Assembly (NCBI GenBank): GCA_947470805.1
Contig: CANIVU010000029.1
Span: 1,583-65,582 of the forward strand
Length of the DNA stretch: 64,000 nt
Reading direction: 5' to 3'
DNA from: Acidobacteriota bacterium
Lineage (GTDB): Bacteria > Acidobacteriota > Terriglobia > Bryobacterales > Bryobacteraceae
Shown here piece by piece: positions 1-10,985 of the stretch. The position numbers were made by a program, and so were the translations under genes. Within the stretch, counting starts at the first letter, position 1. Each line of letters opens with the position of its first letter. Under the pieces are notes generated by a model. That model was not told where the DNA came from. It saw only the letters and a list, made by a program, of their open reading frames with translations, and searched no databases.

Positions 1-153
1 GGACTCAACCATCCGCTGCACCTCCCGTCCCTTGGCCAATGCCGTCGCCACCGTCAGAGGTCCATCCGACTTGGCGGCAACAGGGGCCTCCTGCTTTTGG
101 CAGCCAACCAACACCACGAAAAGCGCAAACAAGAAAGCGCGAAATGATTGCAT
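1..153 (-). CDS. Lipoprotein N-terminus (gene runs off the window); possibly an efflux-pump periplasmic adaptor
   Basis: Reverse-strand ATG at 153-151 reads MQSFRAFLFALFVVLVGCQKQEAPVAAKSDGPLTVATALAKGREVQRMVES... It has a hydrophobic h-region followed by an LVGC lipobox and stays open to the window edge. It is absent from the ORF track because it is truncated. Confidence 0.45.
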   Translation of the reverse strand, partial: MQSFRAFLFALFVVLVGCQKQEAPVAAKSDGPLTVATALAKGREVQRMVES

Positions 154-323
154 TATGAGAATTCCGTAATTTCCGAACTATTGTAGGCGATCTGCGAACA
201 CAGCAGGTTACACTCGGCCGACGAGCGTAGAAATATAGAATATAACAGTGACCGCAACTTTCCAGGAAACCGCCGCTTGAACCTTTCCCTCATCCCGCTC
301 CAACGTCAGGACGGCCGCGCACA

Positions 324-2303
324 ATGAACCCTCGGGTCTGGGTCGGTGCCATCTTCGTCTTCCTCGTCAACCTCGTCATCAACTGGCGCATCGTTCTCCC
401 CGGCGTCTCTCCCTATCGCGGCTCCATCGAACGCGGCTACGCCTACATGGCCCGGCTCTTCGCCGACAATCCGGACTACCTCTCCTGGAATCCGCTGCAG
501 TACGGCGGCATTCCCATGCACTACGTCTATCTGCCGCTGCTGCCCTACTTCAATGCCCTGTTTCTCTGGGCCGATCCCTCCCTCGACGCCACCTACGTCC
601 ACCGCGCCGTCTGCGCCATCGCCCTCTTCCTCTCCCCCGCCGCCGCCTTCCTCCTCATTCGCGATTGGACCGGACGCGTCTGGCCCGCCTTCTACTCCGC
701 CCTCGCCGTCACGCTCTACTCCCCGCTCTACTACTTCATCGACCCCATCAATACCGACCGCGGCATCATGCCCGTCCCCTGGCGCATCCAGGTGCTCATC
801 AAGTACGGCGAAGGCCCGCACACCGTGGGCATGGTCTTCCTCTTCGCCGCCCTCTTACTGGTCCGCCGCGCCGCCACACGCCCGGGCTTCCCCGTCCTGC
901 TCGCCGCCGCGCTCGCCCTCGTCGCCACCGTGCTTACCAACTGGGTCGCCGGTCTCGCCCTCGCCTTCGGCGTGCTCATGCTGATGTTCGTCCACGTCGA
1001 TGACAAGGAATTCCAACAACGCCGCGTCATCCACGCCTGCCTGCTCGGCTACCTGCTCGCCGCCTTCTGGCTCACGCCGTCCTTCATTGCCCAAATAGCC
1101 TACAACTGGCCCCAGGACGCCTTCGGCTTCCAGTTCCAACGCATGGAGCGCCTCTCCATGCTCGGCTGGGCCGCCGGCCTGCTGCTGATTCGGTTCCTCT
1201 TCCGCAAACTCCCCGAACACCGCTACACGTGCTGGCTCATCCTCTGCGTCTTCGGCTACGGCCTGCCCGTCATTCTCTTCTACCGCTACGGCATCAACGC
1301 CTTTCCGGAAGCCCGCCGCTACGCTCTCGAATTCGAGTTCTGCCTCCTGCTGCTGATCATCGATTTCCTCCGCCTGCTCCTGAACAACCGCCGTTTCCCC
1401 GTCCGTGCCGTCACCGCGATCGGACTTCTCGTTCTGCTGCTCCAACAAACCCCCACCGTCTCCCGCTTCATCGCCCACCGCTATCAGAAGTGGCAACTCC
1501 TGGCCAAGGAGGATACGACGGAATTCCGCGTCGCCAACGAACTCAACACGCTCCACCCCACCGGCCGCGTCTTCGCCTCCGGCGGCACACGCTTCCGCCT
1601 CAACTCCTGGTTCCCCATCCCGCAAGTCGGCGGCGTCTTTGAAACCGGCCTGAAGTCCCGCATCCCGCTCATCATCGGCTACCAGGTCCGCACGGATTTG
1701 GGCCTCGCCAAAACGCGCGAAGCCGAAGAGTCCATCATGCTCCTCCGCGCCATGGCCGTCGAATACATCGTCGTCCACGGCCCCAACTCCGAAGAGTATT
1801 ACCGCGACTACAAAAACCCGCGCAAGTTCGAAGGCGTCCTCGAAAAGGTCTGGGAGGAGAAGGATGACGCCATCTACCGCATGGGCCCCGTCCGCTACGC
1901 CCACCTGGTGAAGACGAACGAAATCCCCACCATCACCATCCAATACGGCTATCAAAAACCCTGGTATCCCTACATCAACGCCATGCTGGACCCCGCCCGG
2001 CCATTGCTCAACTTCCAATGGGAAAACGCCCGCCACGCCCGCATTGATGGCGCCCTCCCCAAAGGCATGCACGTCGCCTTCGCCATCCCCTGGGACCCGA
2101 ACTTCCACGCCTATCAAAACGGCCAATCCGTCCCCCTCCGCGCCAATTCCACCGGCCTCATGGTCTCCGACCCTCTCCCCACCGATTCCGCCTCACTCGA
2201 CCTCCGCTTCGAGGCGTCCTGGGAAGAACGCGGCTTCGCCCTCATCAGCCTCCTCACCGCCCTCGGCTGCGTCGTCTTTCTCTTCCGTCAACGAAAGGCC
2301 TGA
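324..2303 (+). CDS. Large polytopic membrane protein, function unknown (GT-C-like architecture)
   Basis: 659-aa ORF with the C-ending codon style of plus-strand genes in this flank. It has many hydrophobic helices in the first ~380 aa, a ~270-aa soluble part, and a terminal TM (FALISLLTALGCVVFLF). No family motif recognised. Confidence 0.7.
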   Translation: MNPRVWVGAIFVFLVNLVINWRIVLPGVSPYRGSIERGYAYMARLFADNPDYLSWNPLQYGGIPMHYVYLPLLPYFNALFLWADPSLDATYVHRAVCAIALFLSPAAAFLLIRDWTGRVWPAFYSALAVTLYSPLYYFIDPINTDRGIMPVPWRIQVLIKYGEGPHTVGMVFLFAALLLVRRAATRPGFPVLLAAALALVATVLTNWVAGLALAFGVLMLMFVHVDDKEFQQRRVIHACLLGYLLAAFWLTPSFIAQIAYNWPQDAFGFQFQRMERLSMLGWAAGLLLIRFLFRKLPEHRYTCWLILCVFGYGLPVILFYRYGINAFPEARRYALEFEFCLLLLIIDFLRLLLNNRRFPVRAVTAIGLLVLLLQQTPTVSRFIAHRYQKWQLLAKEDTTEFRVANELNTLHPTGRVFASGGTRFRLNSWFPIPQVGGVFETGLKSRIPLIIGYQVRTDLGLAKTREAEESIMLLRAMAVEYIVVHGPNSEEYYRDYKNPRKFEGVLEKVWEEKDDAIYRMGPVRYAHLVKTNEIPTITIQYGYQKPWYPYINAMLDPARPLLNFQWENARHARIDGALPKGMHVAFAIPWDPNFHAYQNGQSVPLRANSTGLMVSDPLPTDSASLDLRFEASWEERGFALISLLTALGCVVFLFRQRKA

Positions 2304-2307
2304 CCCC

Positions 2308-3168
2308 ATGCGGACGTTCCTCATCCTCCTCCGCCGCGCCTTCATCAACTCCTTCCTCGATGGCTGCTGGGGCATCGCCAAAGGCGCCGCCTACTCCGGC
2401 CTGTTGAGCCTCTTCCCGGTCCTCTCCTCTCTTGCCGCCATCCTCGTCCAGGCCAATGCCGACCGTGTCTCGGAATACCTCGCCCGCTTCGTCTTCGAAG
2501 TCGTCCCGCCCGGCACCGCCGAAATCATCGGCCGCCAATTCCGCGAACGCGGCCAGCAACCGCTCTCGCTGATCGTCGTCGCCGCGCTCCTCTCCGCCTG
2601 GGCCGCGTCCTCGCTCATGGCCACGCTCATGGAGGGCTTTCGCGCCGCCTATCGTCTCCCCGGCGGCCGCGGCATCGTCCAGGACCGCATCGTCGCCTTT
2701 GTCCTCGTCTTCATCTCCGCCATGCCGGCCATCGCCGCCTCCGTTATGCTCGTCTTCGGCGACAAACTGGAACAACAACTCCTCCAAATGGCCGGCTGGA
2801 TTGACGTTGGCGGTAACGTCGCCGCCGGCGTCCTGTTCGCCAGCAAACTCATCCGCTGGTTCATCTCGCTCGGCGCCGTCGTCATCACCACCGGCCTGCT
2901 CTACTACGTCGCACCCAACCGCCCCCAACAGTGGAGCAACGTGTGGCCCGGGGCCTTCGTCGCCACCACCCTCTGGCTCGGCGTCACTGTCATCTTCGCC
3001 TGGTACGTCCGCAATCTGGCCAATTACAACGTCATGTACGGCAGTATCGGCGGCGTCATCGCCCTCATCGTCTGGATGTACCTGCTCGCCGCCATCGCCC
3101 TCTACGGCTGCGAATTCAATGCCGAACGCGAACGTATCCGCGCCCGCTTCGCACCCTCTACACTGTAA
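2308..3168 (+). CDS. YihY/BrkB family membrane protein
   Basis: ORF 2044..3168 trimmed to ATG 2308, which lies 4 nt after the upstream stop. [39 protein letters not shown]..., multiple TM helices, and a C-terminal LYGCEFNAE fit the YihY (former RNase BN) family pattern. Confidence 0.82.
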   Translation: MRTFLILLRRAFINSFLDGCWGIAKGAAYSGLLSLFPVLSSLAAILVQANADRVSEYLARFVFEVVPPGTAEIIGRQFRERGQQPLSLIVVAALLSAWAASSLMATLMEGFRAAYRLPGGRGIVQDRIVAFVLVFISAMPAIAASVMLVFGDKLEQQLLQMAGWIDVGGNVAAGVLFASKLIRWFISLGAVVITTGLLYYVAPNRPQQWSNVWPGAFVATTLWLGVTVIFAWYVRNLANYNVMYGSIGGVIALIVWMYLLAAIALYGCEFNAERERIRARFAPSTL

Positions 3169-3170
3169 GA

Positions 3171-5150
3171 ATGCAATTTCAGATCGGTGTCTCCTACAGC
3201 CCTCGCGGCGATCAGGAAACCGCCATTGAAGGACTCCTCGAAGGCGTCGACAACGGCGCCCAGCACCAGGTCCTGCTCGGCGTCACCGGCTCCGGAAAAA
3301 CGTTCACCATGGCCAAGGTCATCGAAGCCTCCGGCCGCCCCTCCATCGTCTTAGCCCACAACAAAACCCTCGCCGCCCAGCTCTACCACGAGTTCAAAAC
3401 CTTCTTCCCCAATAACGCCGTCGAATACTTCGTCAGCTACTACGACTACTATCAGCCCGAAGCCTACATCCCCAACTCCGACGTCTACATCGAAAAAGAA
3501 TCCACCGTCAACGACGAACTCGACCGCCTTCGCCTCTCCGCCACCCGCTCCCTCTTCGAACGCCGCGATTGCGTCATCATCGCCAGCGTCAGTTGCATCT
3601 ACGGCATCGGCTCGCCGGAAGCCTACTACGGCATGCTCCTCATGCTCGAAAAGGGCATGCGCGTCTCCCGCAAGGAACTCCTCGGCCGCCTCGTCGAACT
3701 CCTCTACGAACGCAACGATCACGACTTCAAACGCGGCACATTCCGCGTCCGCGGCGACGTCGTCGAGGTCTTCCCCTCCTACGACGAATACGCCCTCCGC
3801 ATCGAACTCTGGGGCGACGAAGTCGAATCGCTCCATCACATCGACCCGCTCACCGGCGCCATCCGCCAATCCCACAACCGCCTGCCTCTCTATCCCAAAA
3901 CTCACTACGTCCTAAGTGAAGACATGAAGGAAAAGGCCATGGGAACTATCAAGGAGGAATTGGAGTGGTGGCGCACGGAGTTAGAGAAGAACGGTAAGTT
4001 AATAGAGGCCCAGCGCATTCACCAGCGCACCATGTTTGATCTGGAAATGATCAAGACAATCGGCTACTGCCACGGCATCGAAAATTACTCACGCCACTTC
4101 TCCGGCCGCCTCCCCGGTGAAGCCCCGCCAACCCTCCTCGATTACCTCCCGGCCGATCACCTCATCTTCATCGACGAAAGCCACCAGACCATGCCCCAAA
4201 TTCGCGGCATGTGGCACGGCGACCGCTCCCGCAAAGAGAACCTGGTCAACCACGGCTTCCGCCTCCCCAGCGCCCTCGACAACCGCCCGCTCACCTTCGA
4301 AGAGTTCCAAAACCGAGTCAATCAGGTCATCTACGTCTCCGCCACCCCCGGCCCCTACGAACTCGAAATCGCCCATGGCGTCACCGTCGAACAGATCATC
4401 CGCCCCACCGGCCTCATCGACCCGCCCGTCGAAGTCCGCCCCATCCGCGGCCAGGTCGACGACCTCCTCAACGAAATCCGCATCCGCGTCGAAAAGAACG
4501 AACGCGTACTCATTACAACGCTCACAAAACGCATGTCGGAGGACCTGGCCAGTTACTACTCCGAAGTCGGCGTAAAATGTCAGTATCTCCACTCCGAAGT
4601 AAGTACGCTCGATCGCATTAAATTACTCCGCGACCTGCGCAAAGGAGAGCTCGACGTACTAATCGGCGTCAACTTACTTCGCGAAGGTCTCGACCTCCCC
4701 GAAGTCTCCCTCGTCGCCATTCTCGACGCCGATAAAGAAGGCTTCCTCCGCTCCTTCGGATCCCTCATTCAGACCATCGGCCGCGCCGCCCGCAACCTCA
4801 ATGGACGCGCTATCCTATACGCGGATGTTCTCACGGACAGCATGAAACAAGCCATGGGAGAGACCGACCGCCGCCGCCGCATCCAGACCGATTACAACGT
4901 CGCCAATGGCATCACGCCGCAGTCGATCATCAAGCCCATCGACATGAGCCTCATCCGCATCGCGGAATCCGATTACGTCACTATCCCCCTCGAACCCGAA
5001 TCAAACGAATCCGAACTCGATCCCAAGGAAAAAATCCAGCTCATCGCCGATCTCGAACTCCGTATGCGCGAGGCCGCTCGCCAGTTCGAATTTGAAAAGG
5101 CCGCACAGTTCCGCGACCGGATAAAAGCCCTCAAATCCCCAGCGCCATGA
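3171..5150 (+). CDS. uvrB: Excinuclease ABC subunit B
   Basis: ORF trimmed to ATG 3171. Motifs: Walker [29 protein letters not shown], helicase C motifs, and a C-terminal UVR domain ([19 protein letters not shown]). Confidence 0.97.
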   Translation: MQFQIGVSYSPRGDQETAIEGLLEGVDNGAQHQVLLGVTGSGKTFTMAKVIEASGRPSIVLAHNKTLAAQLYHEFKTFFPNNAVEYFVSYYDYYQPEAYIPNSDVYIEKESTVNDELDRLRLSATRSLFERRDCVIIASVSCIYGIGSPEAYYGMLLMLEKGMRVSRKELLGRLVELLYERNDHDFKRGTFRVRGDVVEVFPSYDEYALRIELWGDEVESLHHIDPLTGAIRQSHNRLPLYPKTHYVLSEDMKEKAMGTIKEELEWWRTELEKNGKLIEAQRIHQRTMFDLEMIKTIGYCHGIENYSRHFSGRLPGEAPPTLLDYLPADHLIFIDESHQTMPQIRGMWHGDRSRKENLVNHGFRLPSALDNRPLTFEEFQNRVNQVIYVSATPGPYELEIAHGVTVEQIIRPTGLIDPPVEVRPIRGQVDDLLNEIRIRVEKNERVLITTLTKRMSEDLASYYSEVGVKCQYLHSEVSTLDRIKLLRDLRKGELDVLIGVNLLREGLDLPEVSLVAILDADKEGFLRSFGSLIQTIGRAARNLNGRAILYADVLTDSMKQAMGETDRRRRIQTDYNVANGITPQSIIKPIDMSLIRIAESDYVTIPLEPESNESELDPKEKIQLIADLELRMREAARQFEFEKAAQFRDRIKALKSPAP

Positions 5151-6694
5151 AAAGCCAACCTTGGCTTGGCCTCCTCGTCGCCGGGCCCATGAGTCCCGCT
5201 CTCTTCCGGCTCCCCAATCTCGCCGCCCATCTCGGCCCCGTCGTCTCTGCCTCCCTCCGCGTCGCCTCCCGCCTCGCCAATCGCCTCAAAGCCGGGACCG
5301 CCGTCCTCCCCGGTCAACTCGGTGAAGCCGACCTCATCCTCGTCACCGGCCCCGAAGCCGACTTCGACGATCTCCTCGCCCTCGCCCTGCACCCGGACAT
5401 CAACTGGGCCGGCCGCACCGTCCTCTTCCTCGACTTCCACCACGACTCTTCCGACCTCGCCCCCCTCCGTCAACGCGGCGCAAATGTCGGCACGCTCGAC
5501 TGCCTCGAAGCCTTCCCCGAACCCCGCTTCGTCGCCGATATCGACGCCCCCTCGCACCGTCTCCTCCAACGCTTCGCCGCCGCCACCAATTCCGGCATCT
5601 TCTTCATCACCCCTGGCCGCAAGCAGTTCTTCGCCGCCGGCTCCGCCTTCACAGGAACGCTCCTCACCCCTCTAGTCGCCGCCACCGTCGACTGCCTCAA
5701 AAAGTCCGGCCTCACCCAGGCCGAAGCCATCCAGATCACCGAACGCAATACGCAACAAACCCTCCGCTCTTTCGTAAAAGCCGGCCGCAAAGGCTGGACC
5801 GGCACCCTCCCCGATGGCGACCTGGAAGCCACCCGCCGCCACCTGCAAGCACTGCAAGCCGAAAACGAACTGCTCTCGGACTACTTCGCCTCCACCGCCC
5901 ACATGGCCCTACTCCTGTTCGGCGAAGACGCCGGCTGGCTGCACGGTTTGGATCCTGCCGCCGCCGCACCCATAATAGAAACGATGGACGATTCCCAAAC
6001 GCGGCGCCTCGTCGCTGCGGGCCGCCTGGCGGCCAATCTGGCGCACGATTGGAACAATCTGCTCACCCTCCTCGCCGCCCAAGCCGGCGAAATCGCCCAT
6101 GTCCTCCCGACGGATCACCCCGCCCGCGCCCTCGCCGACGACCTCGCCACCTCCATCGATCAGGCCTCCGACTCTCCCCGCCGCCTCCTCAATTGGCTCC
6201 GCGAAGAACCCGGCAGCCTCACCCCGGCCAATGTCAATGACGTCATCCGCGCCGCCCTCCCCCTCGTCCAACTCGCCCTCGGCCGCGGCGTCCTCTGCCA
6301 GGTCGAACTCGCCGATGATCTCCCCCAAATCCCCCTCGACGCGCCCCTCCTCCGCGGCGCCCTGCTCAACCTCGCCACCAACGCGGCCGCCGCCATGAAC
6401 AGCCGCGGCACCTTCACCATCCGCTCCGCCGCCACCACCAACTTCATCCACCTCACCATTGCCGACACCGGCTGTGGCATGGACGCGGAGACCCGTCAGC
6501 GCGTCTTCGAACCATTCTTCAGCACGCGCCAAGCCAACGGCGGCACCGGGCTCGGCCTGGAAACGGTGAAGTCCATGGCCGAAACCCATAACGCCACCGT
6601 CGATCTCGAAACCGCCCCGGGCCAAGGTGCCCGGTTCACCATCGGCTTCCCGCTCCAGGCCCTTACAATGGCGGCTTCGGCAGCTTCGCGCTAA
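5147..6694 (+). CDS. Sensor histidine kinase with a degenerate Rossmann/DUF2520-like N-terminal domain
   Basis: The start overlaps the uvrB stop (ATGA). Kinase motifs: H-box [11 protein letters not shown]-box [13 protein letters not shown]1 DTGCGMD, G2 GGTGLGLE. The N-terminal ~250 aa has no TM and contains [20 protein letters not shown], which resembles DUF2520. Confidence 0.85.
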   Translation: MKSQPWLGLLVAGPMSPALFRLPNLAAHLGPVVSASLRVASRLANRLKAGTAVLPGQLGEADLILVTGPEADFDDLLALALHPDINWAGRTVLFLDFHHDSSDLAPLRQRGANVGTLDCLEAFPEPRFVADIDAPSHRLLQRFAAATNSGIFFITPGRKQFFAAGSAFTGTLLTPLVAATVDCLKKSGLTQAEAIQITERNTQQTLRSFVKAGRKGWTGTLPDGDLEATRRHLQALQAENELLSDYFASTAHMALLLFGEDAGWLHGLDPAAAAPIIETMDDSQTRRLVAAGRLAANLAHDWNNLLTLLAAQAGEIAHVLPTDHPARALADDLATSIDQASDSPRRLLNWLREEPGSLTPANVNDVIRAALPLVQLALGRGVLCQVELADDLPQIPLDAPLLRGALLNLATNAAAAMNSRGTFTIRSAATTNFIHLTIADTGCGMDAETRQRVFEPFFSTRQANGGTGLGLETVKSMAETHNATVDLETAPGQGARFTIGFPLQALTMAASAASR

Positions 6695-8246
6695 CCCCAC
6701 CCTGCACCTTCACCGGCCGCCGGAACAGCCCCGCGTCCGTCGCCACGTAAAGATACGCGCCACCAAACGCCACGCCCTTCAATGGCCCAGCCGGCGAATG
6801 CAGAATCGCCGCCACACGCCCGTTCGCCTCGCAAACCTGCACGCCCAGCGCCGTCGCAAAATACACCTGACCGATCGTGTCCATCGCCGCCCCGCGCACC
6901 CCGCTCATCCATCCAGTCTCCGGCACTTCCAACCGGAAAAACGGCTCCCCGTTCCGCAGCCCGCCATCCGGCCCAATCTGGTACGACCACGCAAACCGCC
7001 CGCCCGCATCGGTGATCACCGCCATCCCATCGTCGGGCGAAATGGCAATGCCCGAAGGCGCCGCCATCTCCAGCGCCACGCCCGCCGTGCCCGCCAGCCC
7101 GGCCCGCGTCTTCACCGCGTCCACCGTGTACACCGCGCCCTTGCTCGTCACCGCCGTCGGCATCGCCGCGCTCGCGCCAATCGCCTCCGCCCCGCCCACC
7201 TTATACAACTTCCCGCCCTTGGCGTAGGTAACGGTCCCATCCCGGCCAGCCACACCATCAATCGCCCCTTCCTGCACCTTTTCCCAACCCGTGTCCGCCG
7301 CCACAATCGATGACACCTTTCCCCGCGGATCCCAACCCGGCCCATTCAACGCCGCCGGCTCCTTCACCGCCAACGGTGCCGGATGCCCCGCCCAAAGCCA
7401 CCGCAACGCGTCGGGCAGAATCGCCGCGCCGTGCTTCATGTTGTGCCCCTCATCGCCCAGTTCCAACTTCGCCTCATACCCGGCAAACCGCAGCGCGTCC
7501 AGCATCACCTGATTATTCACCGGCCAACTGCCCGCATAAAACGTCCCCTGCGGCTGGTTCGGCACAATGTGATCGTTCTTCCCTGCCTGCAAAAATACGC
7601 GAATCGGCTTCGCCTCACTCCGCCGGATCAGCGCCGCGAACCCATCCCCGCCCTTCATCGCCACAAACGTGCCAATGAAACTCAACACCCGCCGGAACTG
7701 GTCCGGCCGGTGCCACGCCGCCACCAGCGCCCCAACGGCCCCGGTACTCACGCCATACAGCCCCCGCTCATTCGGGTCCTTCGACAGGTTATGCGTCTTC
7801 GCCACCGCCGGAATCAGTTCCTCCACCAGGAACTTCGCATACCGGTCGCTCAACGAGTCGTACTCAAAAACCCGCTCATACCGGCTCTGCACGTTTGGCG
7901 AAACGGCCGGCAATATGCCCGGGTCCACAAAGATCCCGATCATCACCGGCAATTCTTTCTTGTGGATCAGATTGTCGAACACCACTGGCACCCGCACGCC
8001 ATTCCCCATCGCCCCGCTCCCATCCAGGAACACCATGAACGCCGTCGGCTTCGTCTTGTCGTACTGCGCCGGCACGTAGACCGCATAGTTATGCGGCGTC
8101 CCCGGAAAGTGCTTCCCCGGCGCAAGAACGTGTTTGGTCACCGTGCCCTTCGGCACACCCGTCTGCGGCTGCGAATCCGGCCCCAGCGTATACTCCACGG
8201 CCCCCAGGCCGGTCATCATCAAGGCAAACAATACCAGTCGAATCAT
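6663..8246 (-). CDS. Secreted esterase (esterase-D/enterochelin-esterase-like) fused to a beta-propeller-like C-terminal domain
   Basis: Signal peptide MIRLVLFALMMTGLGAVE. Esterase block PHNYAVYVPAQYDKTKPTAFMVFLDG with nucleophile elbow GVSTGAVGA. The C-terminal ~230 aa is repeat-rich and reminiscent of SMP-30/NHL. Confidence 0.72.
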   Translation of the reverse strand: MIRLVLFALMMTGLGAVEYTLGPDSQPQTGVPKGTVTKHVLAPGKHFPGTPHNYAVYVPAQYDKTKPTAFMVFLDGSGAMGNGVRVPVVFDNLIHKKELPVMIGIFVDPGILPAVSPNVQSRYERVFEYDSLSDRYAKFLVEELIPAVAKTHNLSKDPNERGLYGVSTGAVGALVAAWHRPDQFRRVLSFIGTFVAMKGGDGFAALIRRSEAKPIRVFLQAGKNDHIVPNQPQGTFYAGSWPVNNQVMLDALRFAGYEAKLELGDEGHNMKHGAAILPDALRWLWAGHPAPLAVKEPAALNGPGWDPRGKVSSIVAADTGWEKVQEGAIDGVAGRDGTVTYAKGGKLYKVGGAEAIGASAAMPTAVTSKGAVYTVDAVKTRAGLAGTAGVALEMAAPSGIAISPDDGMAVITDAGGRFAWSYQIGPDGGLRNGEPFFRLEVPETGWMSGVRGAAMDTIGQVYFATALGVQVCEANGRVAAILHSPAGPLKGVAFGGAYLYVATDAGLFRRPVKVQGGVSAKLPKPPL

Positions 8247-8311
8247 GCTCCCGGCAGTCTATCAAATCTCGCCAATGCCGCCCTTCACGCCCTCTGGCCT
8301 CAATACTACTA

Positions 8312-9385
8312 TTGCATGACAGCTGCGTTACACACCCCAAAGGTTCGCTTATCCCCCACGGCCTCAAAATCTCCGCTCTCCTGCTAACCGTCCCTTTGGC
8401 CTTCGCCCAAACCGAAGCCCCACACGTGCAAATCGGCAACCTGCTCGTCAAACCCTCCGCCTTCTTCGAATCCGCCGGCGTCTTCCGCTCCACCACCACC
8501 ACCGACGACATGAACACCCGCTTCGGCAGCCTCCCCACCGGCGAAGCCAACCCCCAAGCCCTCGGCACCGTACGCCATTCCCGTGTCCAGCTCAAAACGG
8601 TGTATACCGTAAACAAAACCTGGAAGCTCTCCGCCTACCTCGAATCCGACTTCATGAACCGAACCGGCAACCCCTACCGTTGGCGCCAGTATTGGGGCAA
8701 AGTCGAAATGGGAAAGTGGGAACTCCTCGCCGGCCGCGGCTGGAGCCTCCTCCGCCCCAACCGCATCGGCATCGATTCGGAAACCGAGCTCATGAACACC
8801 CGCGTCATCGACGCCGCCTACCACATCGGCCTCGTCGGCAACCGAGAACGCCACCTCCGCCTCGTTCGTCATGAAGGCTCCTGGCACTTCGCCCTCTCCT
8901 ACGAGCGCGGCCGGGATTTCGTCCCCAAGGTCGTCCGCGACCTGAAGCGAGTCCACCTCGAAGCCATGGCCATCAAAGGCGCCGGCCGCCACCTCGGCGC
9001 CAGCACCGCCGCCGTCGTCCACGTGACGCCTAAAGTTGACATCGTCACCCAGCTCTACCGCGCCCGCGCCGCCGGCCGCGATGTCTTAAATACCCTCCCC
9101 CAAACCGCCGGGACATTTTCCAACATCAACGGCGTCGAAATCCAACCCCGCCCCGGCCTCCGGATCTACGCCTACACCGGCCTCGTCAACGGCGCCCGCT
9201 CCGCCGGCAACAACCTCGTCCGCGAAGACTCCGTCGGCTTCTCGCACCAGTTCTACAACAACGCCAAATACGGCCGTACGCTCTTCTCCCTGCAGTTCTC
9301 CCACCTCTCCCGCCACACCTGGTCCAATGCCGATGGCCGCCAAACCCTCGGCATGGTCTCCATCCGCCACACCATCGGCGAATAG
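8312..9385 (+). CDS. Putative outer-membrane beta-barrel (porin-like) protein
   Basis: Signal-like KISALLLTVPLAFAQ. Alternating amphipathic strands rich in Y/G/N/R. Consistent C-ending codon bias. No specific family motif recognised. Confidence 0.5.
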   Translation: MHDSCVTHPKGSLIPHGLKISALLLTVPLAFAQTEAPHVQIGNLLVKPSAFFESAGVFRSTTTTDDMNTRFGSLPTGEANPQALGTVRHSRVQLKTVYTVNKTWKLSAYLESDFMNRTGNPYRWRQYWGKVEMGKWELLAGRGWSLLRPNRIGIDSETELMNTRVIDAAYHIGLVGNRERHLRLVRHEGSWHFALSYERGRDFVPKVVRDLKRVHLEAMAIKGAGRHLGASTAAVVHVTPKVDIVTQLYRARAAGRDVLNTLPQTAGTFSNINGVEIQPRPGLRIYAYTGLVNGARSAGNNLVREDSVGFSHQFYNNAKYGRTLFSLQFSHLSRHTWSNADGRQTLGMVSIRHTIGE

Positions 9386-9386
9386 C

Positions 9387-10748
9387 CTATTTCACCCGCC
9401 CCTTCGGTCCCGCATACGGCGCCCGGTCCCAGAAATCCGTCGTCCCCTTCGCCCGCGGATCGCCCGACGCCCGCATCCACGCCTCCACCTTCGCCGCCAA
9501 CTTCTTCTTCACCGAAGCATAAGCCGCCTCCCCTGCCAGGTTCCGCACCTGTCCCGGATCCTTCGCGCAGTCATACAGCTCCTCCGCCGGCCGCTTCCCA
9601 AAACACAGCCGCCACGGCTCGCTCTCCGGAGTGCCCATAATCAACCGTTTCGACGGCGTCTCGTCCACATCCCCAAACTCCCCAACCACCCAGTAATACT
9701 CCGGATCCCCCGCCGGCCAGCGCTCCGGCTCATAGTTCCGCAGATACAAGAACTCCCGCGTTCGCACGCCCCGCACCGGGTACGAAAGGTCGCCCTTTCG
9801 AACATTGGCATGCCGCTCCCGCTCCAGGAAAACATCCACCCGCGCCGGTGGCCGCAGCAGACTCTTCGCCGTCACCGCCGCCGGAATCGCCACGCCCGCC
9901 GCCTCCATGAAGGTCGGGCACAAATCCCCCAGCGTCACAAACCCATCGTGCCGCTTCCCCGCCCCCACGCGCCCCGGCCATCGCAGCGCCAGCGGCACCC
10001 GCACGCCCAGGTCGTAACAATTCGCCAGCCCGCGCGGCATCTGCCAGCCGTTGTCCCCCGTCATCGCGACCAGCGTTCGTTCCCTCTCCCCGGCCCGGTC
10101 CAATGCACCCAACAGCTCTCCACACTCCGCATCAAACTGCATCACCTCGGCATAGTAATTCCGAATATCCCCCCGCACCGTCGCATGATCGGGCAAATGC
10201 GCCGGCACGCCAATCGCGCCCAAATCAATCTGCTCCCGGAACTTCACTCCCCGGTCCCAAGGCACATGCGGGTCATGCGATCCAAACCAGAAACAGAACG
10301 GCCGGTCCTTCGGCCGCGCCGCCAAAAACGCTTCAAAGCTGGCAAAAGAGCGCCCCGCCGGATTTCCACCCTTCGGAGCCCCTGGAGCCCACCCCTTCCC
10401 CGCAAAGCCCACAAAGTATCCAGCCTTTTCCAACGTCGATACATAGGTCGGAATCTCGGAAGCCAACGGGCCATACAAACTAGCCGCCTCCCCCAAACGG
10501 TGCGTATCCTGCCCGGTAAGCAGCCACGACCGCGACGGCGAGCACGACGGGTTCGGCGCAAAGGCGTGAGTAAACAGCGTCCCTTCCCGTGCCAAGGTGT
10601 CGAACACCGGCGTCTTCACCACCCGGTCGCCATAGACGCCCGCATGCGGGAACGCCCAGTTATCCGCCAGTAACAAAACAACATTCGGCCGCGCATTCGC
10701 CGCCAGCATGGACGCCATAAACGTGCGCCGCGAAAAGAGGGTTCCCAT
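9387..10748 (-). CDS. Formylglycine-dependent sulfatase (arylsulfatase-like)
   Basis: ORF 9387..11027 trimmed to ATG 10748 (MGTLFSRRTFMASMLAANA, a Tat-like RR signal). Motifs: LLLADNW and the sulfatase signature NPSCSPSRSWLLTG. The upstream 93 codons are only the translation of an intergenic DNA repeat. Confidence 0.9.
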   Translation of the reverse strand: MGTLFSRRTFMASMLAANARPNVVLLLADNWAFPHAGVYGDRVVKTPVFDTLAREGTLFTHAFAPNPSCSPSRSWLLTGQDTHRLGEAASLYGPLASEIPTYVSTLEKAGYFVGFAGKGWAPGAPKGGNPAGRSFASFEAFLAARPKDRPFCFWFGSHDPHVPWDRGVKFREQIDLGAIGVPAHLPDHATVRGDIRNYYAEVMQFDAECGELLGALDRAGERERTLVAMTGDNGWQMPRGLANCYDLGVRVPLALRWPGRVGAGKRHDGFVTLGDLCPTFMEAAGVAIPAAVTAKSLLRPPARVDVFLERERHANVRKGDLSYPVRGVRTREFLYLRNYEPERWPAGDPEYYWVVGEFGDVDETPSKRLIMGTPESEPWRLCFGKRPAEELYDCAKDPGQVRNLAGEAAYASVKKKLAAKVEAWMRASGDPRAKGTTDFWDRAPYAGPKGRVK

Positions 10749-10765
10749 ACCAGCACCCATCCTAC

Positions 10766-10985
10766 CCCAGACTTCCCCTGGAGCCGTGCTACCGGAAATC
10801 CCCGCAATCACAGATTCCCCCGACCAACCCAAACCGCCCACCCCGAGCTCCCTTTGGAGCCGGGCTACCAGAAATCGCCGAAATTTCAGAATCCCGATCC
10901 CAACCCAGCCCAACTCGCCCCAGATTTCCCCTGGAGCCGTGCTACCGGAAAATTCCGCAAATACCGAATCTCCCGACCAAATCTT
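10766..10985. repeat. Three tandem ~76-77-bp repeat units (REP/MITE-like intergenic element)
   Basis: Core ggagccgtgctaccggaaat at 10780-10799. A degenerate core ggagccgggctaccagaaat at 10856-10875. A third core ggagccgtgctaccggaaaa at 10933-10952. Flanks are also similar (cccagacttcccctgg / cccagatttcccctgg; ...tcccccgaccaa / ...tctcccgaccaa). Confidence 0.75.

Noticed and set aside
855-2126. 423-aa minus-strand ORF inside the 324..2303 membrane-protein gene
   Set aside because: It is an antisense shadow ORF typical of high-GC DNA. The translation is low-complexity and rich in G/A/D/E/V. The sense-strand ORF has coherent TM helices and codon bias.
10766-10985. Possible CRISPR array
   Set aside because: There are only three units, one of them degenerate. 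The unit period of ~76 nt has similar inter-core sequence, so there are no unique spacers. No cas genes are present.
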